Assembly (NCBI GenBank): GCA_024679955.1
Contig: JAILCQ010000010.1
Coordinates: forward strand, 15,277-79,276
Origin: Bacillota bacterium
GTDB taxonomy: Bacteria; Bacillota; Dehalobacteriia; UBA4068
Length of the DNA: 64,000 bases
Reading direction: 5' to 3'
Each line of letters opens with the position of its first letter. The first letter of the stretch is position 1. Shown one piece after another: positions 9,814 through 19,177 of this stretch. A program made the position numbers and the translations under genes. A model generated the notes under the pieces. It ran no database searches, had not been told where the DNA came from, and worked only from the letters and a program-made list of their open reading frames with translations.

Positions 9814-12612
9814 ATGCATACCTTCGCCGTTTTAGATTTGGAGACCACCGGTCTGGATAGCAAAGGGGACGCCATCATCGAAGTGGCGGCGGTAAAAATC
9901 AAGCGGGGTTTGATCGTGGATCAGTATGCCACGCTGATCCACAGCCCGACGCCGCCGGATGATTTTATCGTGGATTTGACGGGCATAACCCCGGAGATGC
10001 TGTTGGATCAGCCCACCATCGAGGAAGCCATCGGGCCTTTGGCCGATTTTATCGGCGACGCGGTGATTTGCGCCCATAACGCGCCTTTCGACCGGGAGTT
10101 TTTATCCCGCCATTGGCAGGATCAGCGGGAATGGCTGGATACTTTGACTTTGGCGCAAATCGTTTACCCCTGCCTGCCCAGCTATTCTTTGGCCTGGCTG
10201 GCGGAGACCCTGGGCGTGGAGAACCCTTCCGCCCATCGGGCCCTGGCGGACGCCCTGACCACGGCGCAGATATTTATTCACTTAAAGAACAAGATGAAGA
10301 CCCTGCCGGCGGCGGCCCGCCAGGATCTGCTGCAGCTGGCCGGCGATGACGAGACGCCTTTGTGCCAACTGATCCGCCGGGAATGCTCTTTGCCCGGCGC
10401 GGCCCCGGCGGCGGCCCCGCAAGGGGAAAAACCTCCGCTTTTTTGCGGCGACCATCCGGCCCCGCAGCCGGATTTTCGGATAGAGCCTGAGGAAATCGAA
10501 AGCTATCTGGGGAAAAACGGGCGCTTTGCCGCCGCCATGGAGCATTTTGAATACCGGCCGCAGCAGGTGGAAATGTCCCAGGCGGTGGCGGACGCTTTCC
10601 AAAACCGGCAGTTTTTATTGGCCGAGGCAGGCACCGGCACCGGTAAATCCTTGGCCTATTTGCTGCCCGCCGCTTTGTTTACCGCCGGTTCCGGCTACAA
10701 AGTGGCCATTTCCACCCATACCAAAAATTTGCAGGAACAACTGCTGCACAAGGATATCCCGCTGCTATGCCAATTGTTGGACCGTCCTTTGTCCGCTGTA
10801 CTGCTGAAAGGGCGAGGCAATTATCTTTGCCGCCGCCTGTACCGCTATCTGCTCAGGCAGCCGCCGGAAAGCATGCGCTATTTCCTGATGCGCATCGCCG
10901 TATGGCAGGCAGGCACGGAAAGCGGCGACGGCGACGAATTGCTGCTGAACGGCTATGATCAAGGCCGTTGGCAGGCGATTTGCGCTTCCAAGGACAATTG
11001 CGCCGTATTTTGCCCCCTGCGCAAAAGCGGCGCTTGCTATGTGCAGAAATCCCGCATGGCGGCAAACGACAGCGATATTTATATTCTCAACCATTCTCTG
11101 TTGACGGCCAACGCCGCCATGGAAAACGCCGCTTTGCCGCCGTTTTCCTATCTGATCATCGACGAAGCCCACCATTTGGAAAAAGCCGCGGAGGCGCAAT
11201 TGACCGCCACGGTGGACTTTTATGCGCTGCTGAACCTTTTGGGCCGTTTGCGGCGGCATGAAAAAGGCAAGGAAACGGGCTGCATCCGCAGCTTGCGCCA
11301 TGCCTGCGACAGCATTTTCCTGCCGGAAGGCAATAAGGAGCTTTTGCTGCGGAAAATCGACGGTTTGGAAGATGGCCTGGAGCAGTGCCTGTCGGCGGCG
11401 GAAGCATTCTTTGCCCTGACGCAGCAGGCCTTTGCCGCCGAAGCGGCCAGACAAAGCTATATGCCGGCCACCGTACGCCTGTTGCCCGCCCATTACCGGC
11501 AGGATTTTTGGCCGCTTTTGCAGGACAAGGGGGCCGCTTTGCAGGGGGCATTGAACGCCCTGGCCCAGAGTATGTTTGCTTTGCAGGAAGACCTTGCCGC
11601 TTTGGCAACGGAAGGGGACGCCGACCCTGCGCCCATGCCCGGAACCGGAGAATTGCCGGGACTGACGGCTCAGGCCCGGGAAATCGCCGCTACCGTAGGC
11701 CGCTGCCTGGCGGAGGAACAGGAAAATTATGTGGTGTGGCTGCGCTTCGGTGAAGGGGAGAGAAAGCCCTCCTGGCATATCGCGCCCATCGAATTGGCGG
11801 AAATTTTGCAGGATCGTTTGTTCAGCCGCTGCGATTCCGTGGTTTTGACTTCCGCCACCATGGCGGCGGGCGCTTCCTTTTCTTTTTTCAAACGCCGCCT
11901 GGGGCTGGATCTGTTACCGGAACCGCCTGTGGAAAAGGTTCTGCCCTCGCCCTTTTTCTATCGGGAACAGGCGTTGTTCACGGTGGTGAACGACTTGCCG
12001 GATTGGAGCAAGACTTCGGAGATCCTGGCGGTAGAGGCCATTTCCGCCTCCCTGACGGAGTTGCTGGCCGCCTCCCGGGGCCGGGCCTTGGTTTTGTTCA
12101 CCTCCCATCAGCAATTGCAGGCCGTATACCGGCAAATCCGCCGCCCCCTGCTGCAGCAGGGCATACAGGTGCTGGCTCATGGCGTCAACGGCGGGCCGGT
12201 GCAATTGCTGCAGCGGATGAAGCATGAGCCCTGCTGCGCCGTGTTGGGTACCAACAGCTTTTGGGAAGGGGTGGACGTGGCCGGCGAGGCCCTGTCCCTG
12301 TTGGTGATTGTGCGCTTGCCTTTCTCCCCGCCCAATAATCCCCTGACCGCCGCCAAATCGGCCAAACTGGAAGCCGAGGGGCGTTCCTCTTTCGCGGAAT
12401 ACAGCTTGCCCCAGGCCATCCTCCGCTTCAAGCAGGGCTTTGGCCGTTTGATCCGCAGCGGCGAGGATTGCGGCCTGTTTTGCGTTTTAGACAGGCGCAT
12501 CGTGGATAAACAGTACGGCAAACGCTTTATCGACGCCCTGCCGCCTATGGAAAGACGGCAAGGGTCCAGCCGGGATGTAGCCGCCTGGATCCGGGAATGG
12601 CTGAACGGTTAA
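9814..12612 (+). CDS. dinG: DinG-family ATP-dependent helicase with N-terminal DnaQ-like 3'-5' exonuclease domain
   Basis: N-terminus FAVLDLETTGL…HNAPFDREFL (DEDD exonuclease). Then AGTGTGKS Walker A, DEAHH box and C-terminal helicase domain. 932 aa. Confidence 0.9.
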   Translation: MHTFAVLDLETTGLDSKGDAIIEVAAVKIKRGLIVDQYATLIHSPTPPDDFIVDLTGITPEMLLDQPTIEEAIGPLADFIGDAVICAHNAPFDREFLSRHWQDQREWLDTLTLAQIVYPCLPSYSLAWLAETLGVENPSAHRALADALTTAQIFIHLKNKMKTLPAAARQDLLQLAGDDETPLCQLIRRECSLPGAAPAAAPQGEKPPLFCGDHPAPQPDFRIEPEEIESYLGKNGRFAAAMEHFEYRPQQVEMSQAVADAFQNRQFLLAEAGTGTGKSLAYLLPAALFTAGSGYKVAISTHTKNLQEQLLHKDIPLLCQLLDRPLSAVLLKGRGNYLCRRLYRYLLRQPPESMRYFLMRIAVWQAGTESGDGDELLLNGYDQGRWQAICASKDNCAVFCPLRKSGACYVQKSRMAANDSDIYILNHSLLTANAAMENAALPPFSYLIIDEAHHLEKAAEAQLTATVDFYALLNLLGRLRRHEKGKETGCIRSLRHACDSIFLPEGNKELLLRKIDGLEDGLEQCLSAAEAFFALTQQAFAAEAARQSYMPATVRLLPAHYRQDFWPLLQDKGAALQGALNALAQSMFALQEDLAALATEGDADPAPMPGTGELPGLTAQAREIAATVGRCLAEEQENYVVWLRFGEGERKPSWHIAPIELAEILQDRLFSRCDSVVLTSATMAAGASFSFFKRRLGLDLLPEPPVEKVLPSPFFYREQALFTVVNDLPDWSKTSEILAVEAISASLTELLAASRGRALVLFTSHQQLQAVYRQIRRPLLQQGIQVLAHGVNGGPVQLLQRMKHEPCCAVLGTNSFWEGVDVAGEALSLLVIVRLPFSPPNNPLTAAKSAKLEAEGRSSFAEYSLPQAILRFKQGFGRLIRSGEDCGLFCVLDRRIVDKQYGKRFIDALPPMERRQGSSRDVAAWIREWLNG

Positions 12613-12689
12613 ATGTCCGGCGGCCAGGCACCAAAAGCATTTTCCGGCATACTTTGGCATAGAATAAAAACGGCGAGGGGATGAAACCT

Positions 12690-12800
12690 ATGAAAATATT
12701 CTATATTCCGTTACCGCCGCTGCTGCGGAAAATGCTGGGCGGGCGCAAAAAAACGACGGCATATGGGGATGCCGCCGATATGGCAGAAGCTGCGTTGTAG
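12690..12800 (+). CDS. Possible small ORF (36 aa, MKIFYIPLPPLLRKMLGGRKK…)
   Basis: RBS GAGGGG 9 nt upstream. Preceded by CATAGAATA / CATACTTT sporulation-sigma-like -10 elements. Too short for homology. Confidence 0.25.
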   Translation: MKIFYIPLPPLLRKMLGGRKKTTAYGDAADMAEAAL

Positions 12801-12805
12801 CAAAC

Positions 12806-12850
12806 AAAACCTTGATTAAATGAAATGCGTTTAATCAAGGTTTCTGTTTG
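12806..12850. terminator. Bidirectional hairpin terminator
   Basis: AAAACCTTGATTAAA-loop-TTTAATCAAGGTTT with T-runs on both strands. Sits between dinG (+) and membrane protein gene (-). Confidence 0.7.
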
Positions 12851-12884
12851 CCTATGACCGCGCCGGCATGGTCGTCTTTCGGGG

Positions 12885-13223
12885 CTATCTGACGCCGGCA
12901 ATACCGCCGGCTGCGGCGGCAAGCAGGCAAAGGAGCGTTTTTCCCAACCATTGCCCGTGTATGCCGCCGCATACAGCCATCAGCGCCAGGATCAGCCCGC
13001 CTACGGCCAGTCCCAGCAGCATCCCTTTGGCTCCGGCCTTTTTCCCGGCGGCCAGGCCGCCGGCGAATAAAGCGGCCGCGTCGATGATCACCGCGGCCAC
13101 GGACAGCGTTTGCTGATCCAGCGGCGTATAATAGACGCAGGCCGCCGCCGCCAAAGATAGGGAAAACAGCAGGGCCAGGCTGAGCCCCGTTCCCCATAAA
13201 ATCCCCTTTGCCATTCGATTCAT
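12885..13223 (-). CDS. Small hydrophobic membrane protein (Gly/Ala-rich, 3-4 TM)
   Basis: 112 aa, RBS GGGAGGGAGCG, strongly hydrophobic with GxxxG-rich helices. Family not recognised. Confidence 0.6.
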   Translation of the reverse strand: MNRMAKGILWGTGLSLALLFSLSLAAAACVYYTPLDQQTLSVAAVIIDAAALFAGGLAAGKKAGAKGMLLGLAVGGLILALMAVCGGIHGQWLGKTLLCLLAAAAGGIAGVR

Positions 13224-13284
13224 ATCGCTCCCTCCCGATGCTACCGGCTTGTATTTTACTGTATGCGCCGCCTGCCGGATTATG

Positions 13285-13313
13285 CTTGACGGAACAGGCT
13301 AAAAGGCATAAAA
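13285..13313 (+). promoter_or_regulatory. sigma-A promoter (TTGACG-17-TAAAAT) for folE
   Basis: TTGACG 13285-13290, 17-nt spacer, TAAAAT 13308-13313. Leaves a roughly 180-nt structured leader before folE. Confidence 0.6.
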
Positions 13314-13501
13314 TAATAGTGTTATCGTTCTATATGACAAACGACTGTCCGGGGAAAGCAGCCTGTACCGGAAATCGGTTTTGCCCCGGCCGCGACCGTT
13401 TTTCCGCCAAACGCCATGGCGGAAACGATAGCGCCGGATACGGGGGCAAGGCAGTTCGTGGGCAAGGATAACGTCATTTTAGGAAAAGCAGAGGATTGCA
13501 G

Positions 13502-14071
13502 ATGACCACTAGCATTGATAAAGAAAAAATCGTCGCCGCGGTGGAGCAGATCCTGCAGGCCATCGGCGAGGATCCGCAGCGGGAAGGCCTGCAAAGAACG
13601 CCCCAACGGGTGGCGAATATGTATGAAGAATTGTTCAGCGGCAGCTCCATCGATCCCAAGACCTTTTTGACCACCCAGTTTACCGAGGACAAGCACGGCG
13701 AAATGGTGATCGTCAAGGACATACCCTTTTTCTCCATGTGCGAACATCATATGCTGCCCTTCGTGGGCAAGGCCCATGTGGCGTATATCCCCGGCGACGG
13801 CAAAATCACCGGGCTTTCCAAAATCGCCCGGGTGGTGGAGGGCTATTCCCACCGTTTGCAATTGCAGGAACGGCTGACCACCCAGGTAGCCGACGCTTTG
13901 ATGGAGGTGCTGCAGCCCCAGGGCGTATTGGTCGTCATCGAGGCGGAGCATATGTGCATGACCATACGGGGGGTAAAGACCCCCGGCGCGCTGACCGTTA
14001 CCTCGGCGGTGCGGGGCACCTTCCATAAAAACGTGACCCGCAGCGAAGCGCTGAGCTTGATCAAAGGCTAA
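13502..14071 (+). CDS. folE: GTP cyclohydrolase I
   Basis: Conserved GCH-I sequence (…[19 protein letters not shown]…MCEHHMLPF…). RBS AGAGGA. Confidence 0.92.
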   Translation: MTTSIDKEKIVAAVEQILQAIGEDPQREGLQRTPQRVANMYEELFSGSSIDPKTFLTTQFTEDKHGEMVIVKDIPFFSMCEHHMLPFVGKAHVAYIPGDGKITGLSKIARVVEGYSHRLQLQERLTTQVADALMEVLQPQGVLVVIEAEHMCMTIRGVKTPGALTVTSAVRGTFHKNVTRSEALSLIKG

Positions 14072-14093
14072 ACGATCCTTATGAGGTACAGGA

Positions 14094-14672
14094 ATGAAAC
14101 AAAAAAAACATAGATCCGGACCGATCGCTTTGCCGGAAAAACCGGCAATCAAAGGCAGTTTTCTCAAAGAAACAGCAAAAGTTTTTGCGATGGCTTTGGT
14201 CATAGCCATCGTATTAAAGATGTTCATTGTGGACAGCCGTGTGGTGCCCAGCTCTTCCATGTATCCCACCATCGAAGAACAGGACCGTATCGTCCTCAAC
14301 AAGTTGGCTTATGTGGGCGATCGGGCGCCGCAGCGGGGAGATATCGTGGTATTTAAGGCGCCCGAAGAATTGGACAGCCCCTACGACCTGGTAAAACGGG
14401 TCATCGGTTTGCCCGGAGAAATGCTGGAAGTAAAAGACGGGGCGGTGTATATCGACGGCGAGGCTTTGCAGGAAGGCTACGTATTCGAAGCGCCGGGTTA
14501 TGCCTATGGGCCGGTCACCGTACCGGAAAACTGCTATTTTATGATGGGCGACAATCGCAATCACAGTCTGGACAGCCATTATTGGGAGGAGCCTTTTGTT
14601 CCGGAGCAGGAGATCAAGGGCAAAGTGGTTCTTCGTTATTGGCCATTTTCTTCGTTTGGGGTGCTGGAATGA
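14094..14672 (+). CDS. lepB: Signal peptidase I
   Basis: SSSMYPT and GDNRNHSLDSHYW signal-peptidase boxes. Confidence 0.9.
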   Translation: MKQKKHRSGPIALPEKPAIKGSFLKETAKVFAMALVIAIVLKMFIVDSRVVPSSSMYPTIEEQDRIVLNKLAYVGDRAPQRGDIVVFKAPEELDSPYDLVKRVIGLPGEMLEVKDGAVYIDGEALQEGYVFEAPGYAYGPVTVPENCYFMMGDNRNHSLDSHYWEEPFVPEQEIKGKVVLRYWPFSSFGVLE

Positions 14673-15445
14673 ACATATTATTAACCAATGATGACGGAAT
14701 ACAATCTTCCGGTTTGCGCATATTGGCGGAGGCGCTGCTGGAATTGGGCGACATATATATCGCCGCCCCTTCCCTGGAACAAAGCGGCGTCAGCCATGGT
14801 CTTACCGCCCATGTGCCATTGCGGGCGCATCGGATAGACTATGCGGCAGCCGTCAAATGCGCCTGGTCCATAGACGGCACGCCGGCGGATTGCGTCAAGC
14901 TGACAATCGAAAGATTGCTGCCGCAAAAGCCGGATGTGGTGATCTCCGGGATCAACTTTGGGGCAAATTTGGGCACGGATGTGATTTATTCGGGAACGGT
15001 GGCCGGCGCTATGGAAGGCTATTTGTTCGGCCTGCCGGCCATGGCCCTGTCGGTCACCGGCATACGCCGGGGCGTGGGCCAAGGGAATTTTGCCTATGCC
15101 GCCCGGCTCTGCCAACAAATATGCCTGACCTGGCAGCAGCAGGATTTTAAGCCCCGCACCATGTTGAACATAAACGTGCCTGGGCAAAACCCGCAGGAGA
15201 TCAAGGGCGTTCGCTTTACCCGCCTGGGTTGGCGCTGGTATCATGACGCCTATGAGCAAAGGCTGGATCCCAATGGACGGCCCTATTACTGGCTGCAGGG
15301 TACCGCTTACGACGGCGAAGATCCGGGGGATACGGACGTATCCGCCTGCCGGGAAGGCGTGGTATCGATCACCCCTTTGTTCAATGATATGACCGATACG
15401 GCCGCCTTGCAAACGCTGCAGCATACTTTTGACCTTCCGCGTTGA
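14669..15445 (+). CDS. surE: 5'/3'-nucleotidase SurE
   Basis: MNILLTNDDGIQSSGL N-terminus. 4-nt overlap with lepB stop. Confidence 0.9.
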   Translation: MNILLTNDDGIQSSGLRILAEALLELGDIYIAAPSLEQSGVSHGLTAHVPLRAHRIDYAAAVKCAWSIDGTPADCVKLTIERLLPQKPDVVISGINFGANLGTDVIYSGTVAGAMEGYLFGLPAMALSVTGIRRGVGQGNFAYAARLCQQICLTWQQQDFKPRTMLNINVPGQNPQEIKGVRFTRLGWRWYHDAYEQRLDPNGRPYYWLQGTAYDGEDPGDTDVSACREGVVSITPLFNDMTDTAALQTLQHTFDLPR

Positions 15446-15635
15446 CGGAGATCGCATAGATATATGGAACCATACATAGAGAAGAAATGCTTACAAAGCC
15501 GTCCCGGGACGGCTTTTTCTTATGCCCGAAAAGATGCTAAGCTGCCAGCCCAAAGCTGCCTCCCGGTGGCGGAGATATCCGTCATTCGGGGCAGGGAGGG
15601 GTTGCGCCCGGCGGTCGCTTTTTCGCAAAATAATA

Positions 15636-15676
15636 AAAACGCGTGATCTTACAAGGAAGATCACGCGTTTTATAAT
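15636..15676. terminator. Bidirectional terminator between surE (+) and the minus-strand methyltransferase operon
   Basis: AAAAACGCGTGATCTT-ACAAGG-AAGATCACGCGTTTT with flanking A and T runs. Confidence 0.8.
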
Positions 15677-15715
15677 CTGCATTTTCAGCCGATCGAATAT
15701 ATCATCCCGATGGGC

Positions 15716-16819
15716 TTAGGCCAGGATTTCTTTAAAGGCAGCAACCAGTTTTTTGTTCATTTCCATGGTGCCGATGCTGATCCGGGAGCAGGTGGGGCAA
15801 TTCCAGCCGCCGCCCACGGCGATCAACAGGCCTTGACGGCGCAATTTGTCGGCGATTTCTCTGGCGTCCCGATGGAAATCCACAAAGATAAAGTTGGTGT
15901 AGGAAGGTTGGCAGGTGAAGCCCATGGCGGTAAATTCTTTGGTCAGATATTCTTTACCTTCTTTGTTCACCGCCAGAGTCTTATGCAGGAATTCTTCGTC
16001 GTCCATGGCCGCCAAAGCCGCATCCTGGGCCACACGGTTCACGGCAAAATATTCCACGGTCCGGCGCATCAATTCGATCAGGTATTCCGGTCCCATGATG
16101 TAACCGATACGGCAGCCGGCCATACCGAAGATTTTCGATAAGGTACGGATGACCAGGACTTTTTTACCGGCATTTACATATTGCAGGCTGTTGGGATAAT
16201 CGGCGGCGTCCACAAATTCCGCATAGGCTTCGTCAAATATCACGATCACATTGTCCGGAATGTCTTTCATGAATTCTTTGACTTCATCTTCTTTGACAAT
16301 GGTGCCGGTGGGGTTATTGGGGTTGCAGACCATGATCAGCTTGGTTTTGGGCGTGATGGCCGCTTTTATGGCTTTCAGATCCACGGTGTAATTTTTCAGG
16401 GGAACCGTGACCAATTTGCCGCCTACCAATTGCACCGTGGTGTTATAAACGAAGAAATGGGGGCTGCCGACGATCATTTCTTCCCCTTCGTTGAGGAAGG
16501 TTTCCGTCAGCATCAGCAAAACATTGTCTGCGCCGTTGCCAAACAATACTTGCATTTCGTCAATGCCGTTGGCTTTGGCCACTTTGCGGCGCAATTCGGT
16601 GCAGGTGGCGTCAGGATAAAGGAAAACGTCTTTGGCATGTTCCTGAATCGCCGCGATGGCTTTGGGAGAAGTGCCCAAAGGATTTTCATTGCAATTAAAA
16701 GACAATACTTCTTTTAAGTTGAATTCTTTTTTCAATTCTTCATTGGTTTGTTCCGGCAGATTGGGGTCGTTTCCCAAGATACAGGGTCTTACCAGTTCAG
16801 CGCCTTTGACATTAGCCAT
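15716..16819 (-). CDS. Class-II (HisC/CobD-family) PLP aminotransferase; last gene of the minus-strand methyltransferase transcription unit
   Basis: 367 aa with NPNNPTG and SKIFGMAGCRIGY motifs. HisC versus threonine-phosphate decarboxylase CobD cannot be distinguished by eye. Confidence 0.8.
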   Translation of the reverse strand: MANVKGAELVRPCILGNDPNLPEQTNEELKKEFNLKEVLSFNCNENPLGTSPKAIAAIQEHAKDVFLYPDATCTELRRKVAKANGIDEMQVLFGNGADNVLLMLTETFLNEGEEMIVGSPHFFVYNTTVQLVGGKLVTVPLKNYTVDLKAIKAAITPKTKLIMVCNPNNPTGTIVKEDEVKEFMKDIPDNVIVIFDEAYAEFVDAADYPNSLQYVNAGKKVLVIRTLSKIFGMAGCRIGYIMGPEYLIELMRRTVEYFAVNRVAQDAALAAMDDEEFLHKTLAVNKEGKEYLTKEFTAMGFTCQPSYTNFIFVDFHRDAREIADKLRRQGLLIAVGGGWNCPTCSRISIGTMEMNKKLVAAFKEILA

Positions 16820-16933
16820 GTTGCATACCTTCCTCTCGGTTAAAATTTGATACCAAAACGGTTTTTTTATAAGATGAGGCCAAGAAGTGATAACCTCTTG
16901 GCCTCATGCCATACCAAAGTGAAACGATTAAGA

Positions 16934-18310
16934 TTAGTAAATGAAGTTGACGCCCATCTTGGCGACTTCTTCTTTACATTTGTAGAACAGATCCAGGTAT
17001 TCGGGCTTGGGAACGCATTTGAGCACGTCGTAAGCTTCATGGAAGGGCACGCCATAGTTGTCATGCGGGATCTTCTCTTCGTATTTGGCCAAGAGTTTGT
17101 TGACAACTTCGCTGGCTTCTTCGCGGGTCATATGCTGCGCAACTACGCTGTGGGCAACTTCCGCGGCGAAGCGGGCTTCCAAGGGAGTACCATGGTTGTG
17201 GATCTTGTTGCGGCAGGGCGCGCAGGTCCACAGGTTGTTACCGGAAACGACGCTGGAAATAGCATGGGCAGCGCCTTCATAGAACAGCATGTCGGTCATG
17301 GGGCCGGCATTGGCGAAGCAGTTGGAGTCGTTGACCAGATGGGTGTTGCGGGCAACGGCTTGGGTGTAGGCGCTGATGATCCACAGCATCTCTCTGCCGG
17401 TGTTGGAACCGTAGAGGAGATGGAAGGGGAAGTTCTGGGAGAAGGAAGCGCCGTATACGCACAAACCTTGGAGAATGAAAGCGATCTGCAGGATGGCGGT
17501 ACCTTCCGCGCCGCCGGCATAACCGCCGTAGATGGCGCCGGGCAGGATGGCGCAGAGGTTACCCATTTGGTTGTAATGGATCGCTTTGTTCAGCATCTGG
17601 TTGTTGGTCATCAATTCGGTGATACCGCCGCACAGACGGGCGTCGCCGGCGCGTACACCCCATTGATCGTTGCTGACCGCGATCTGGGCCATATCGGATT
17701 CAGCAGTACCGACGGCTACGAAGAAGACGTCGGGACGGCCGGCCAAACGGGCGGTTTCTCTCAGGGTCATGGCATGGTGCATGGAGCCGCCGATTTCCAG
17801 CGGGAAGTGAGAGGTCATGGGACGTCCCATGAAGTCGCCCAGCAACGGGGAGCAAATGCCGTCCAGCAAGGGCTCTTTCAGGTAAGACAAGCAGGCGTTG
17901 AAGAAGACCTGTTCGTCATAGGTGATGTCCGGGCTCATGATGATGAACGGTTTTTCGGTATCTTCGACTTTGCGGTGACCGTAACGACGGAGGTCATGGT
18001 TTTTGCCGACCAGGTAGTAAGAAGGCGCGGCAAACAAATCTTCGTTGACTTCCCGTTCGTCAAATTCGATCACGCGATGGGTATCTTGGTTGTAAACGCC
18101 GACCGTGAGGAACAGTTCTTTACCGGCTTGCCAAACTTTGTCGGCCAGCTCGTCGCTGGTGTTGACCGGTTTGGACAGGTCCGCTTTGATCTCGTATTTG
18201 CGGATCAATTTTTTGATGGTCGGCATCAAGCTCTTTTTAACAAAATAATTTTCTTCCATGAAGGGGCCGTTTTGCGCCCGTTCCATTACTTCCCAAAGTC
18301 TAACTGCCAT
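16934..18310 (-). CDS. MtmB-family (monomethylamine:corrinoid methyltransferase-like) MT1, 458 aa, no in-frame UAG/pyrrolysine codon
   Basis: Colinear similarity to archaeal MtmB: GVYNQDTHRVIEF, IYGGYAGGAEGTA, LLYGSNTGREML, NAGPMTDMLFYEGAAHAI, TPLEARFAAEVA, EAYDVLKCVPKPEY. Same length as MtmB. The region aligned to the Pyl site reads LAGRPDVFFVAVGTAES. RBS GGGGGTG. Confidence 0.8.
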   Translation of the reverse strand: MAVRLWEVMERAQNGPFMEENYFVKKSLMPTIKKLIRKYEIKADLSKPVNTSDELADKVWQAGKELFLTVGVYNQDTHRVIEFDEREVNEDLFAAPSYYLVGKNHDLRRYGHRKVEDTEKPFIIMSPDITYDEQVFFNACLSYLKEPLLDGICSPLLGDFMGRPMTSHFPLEIGGSMHHAMTLRETARLAGRPDVFFVAVGTAESDMAQIAVSNDQWGVRAGDARLCGGITELMTNNQMLNKAIHYNQMGNLCAILPGAIYGGYAGGAEGTAILQIAFILQGLCVYGASFSQNFPFHLLYGSNTGREMLWIISAYTQAVARNTHLVNDSNCFANAGPMTDMLFYEGAAHAISSVVSGNNLWTCAPCRNKIHNHGTPLEARFAAEVAHSVVAQHMTREEASEVVNKLLAKYEEKIPHDNYGVPFHEAYDVLKCVPKPEYLDLFYKCKEEVAKMGVNFIY

Positions 18311-18325
18311 TTATCTACACCCCCG

Positions 18326-18964
18326 TTATTTTTGTACTAAATTGTTTACCAGCGTCACGGCTTCCGCAGCACTTTCGGCCCAACCGTCGGCGCCGATATC
18401 TTTCGCCCAATTGGGATTGGTGGGCGCGCCGCCAACGATAACTTTGAATTTGCCATACAAGTCTTTGTCTCTCAAAAGATTGATCACTTCGGTCGCGCCG
18501 GGCATGGTGGTGGTCATCAAAGCGGAAACGCCGATAACGTCGGCTTCGTTTTCAACGGCTTTGTTGACATAATCAATGGCGGGGACGTTTTTGCCGAGGT
18601 CAACTACGTCAAAACCGTCAGCGGTCAAAACGGTGACAACGATGTTCTTACCGATTTCATGCATGTCGCCAGGGGCGGTGCCCAGAACGACGGTGCCTTT
18701 CTTTTGGATGTCGCCGCTTTCCGCGAGGACGGGTCCAAAGATGTCCATGGCGGCGACCATGGCGTCGGCGGACAGGATCATTTCGGGCAGGAAGATTTCC
18801 ATAGCTTCGAATTGACGGCCCAGTTCACGCATGGTGTCGGTGAGCTTTTCAATAACGGGTTTCAGATCCGCTTTGGCATCGACGATTTCCTGTGCCGCTT
18901 CAGCGGATACTTCGTCGTCGCCATCCATGATGGCTTCAGTTAATTTCTTGATGCTTTCTTCCAT
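18326..18964 (-). CDS. Cobalamin-binding corrinoid protein (MtmC/MtaC-like)
   Basis: 213 aa from ATG with RBS GGAGGT. N-terminal helical cap domain, then a B12-binding Rossmann domain with GDMHEIGKNIV (DxHxxG) and VIGVSALMTTTM. 15 nt upstream of the MT1 gene. Confidence 0.88.
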   Translation of the reverse strand: MEESIKKLTEAIMDGDDEVSAEAAQEIVDAKADLKPVIEKLTDTMRELGRQFEAMEIFLPEMILSADAMVAAMDIFGPVLAESGDIQKKGTVVLGTAPGDMHEIGKNIVVTVLTADGFDVVDLGKNVPAIDYVNKAVENEADVIGVSALMTTTMPGATEVINLLRDKDLYGKFKVIVGGAPTNPNWAKDIGADGWAESAAEAVTLVNNLVQK

Positions 18965-19177
18965 AAATATACCTCCATTTTTTGTTCTGCTGCAAGCAGA
19001 TGAAAGAAGTTCCGCTTGCGTCCCCCTCCGACAGAAACCGTCCCGGCCATGGGAACATGTCCCAGGCATAGGCCAAGACATAAAGATAATAATTTATCTT
19101 GATGAAACTATTTTATCACATGAGAAAAAAAACTACAATAGGTATTTTATAAAAATTGAAAAAAATTGCCGAAAAAA

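Noticed and set aside
13314-13501. Calling the folE leader a THF riboswitch
   Set aside because: The conserved THF-riboswitch blocks (CGCGUUAAG, GCGAGAGCGCGG, GCAUCCGC) are not recognisable. It is reported only as an unclassified structured leader.
16934-18310. Possibility that the MtmB homologue contains pyrrolysine
   Set aside because: The 458-codon ORF has no internal UAG. The frame is continuous and the same length as archaeal MtmB.
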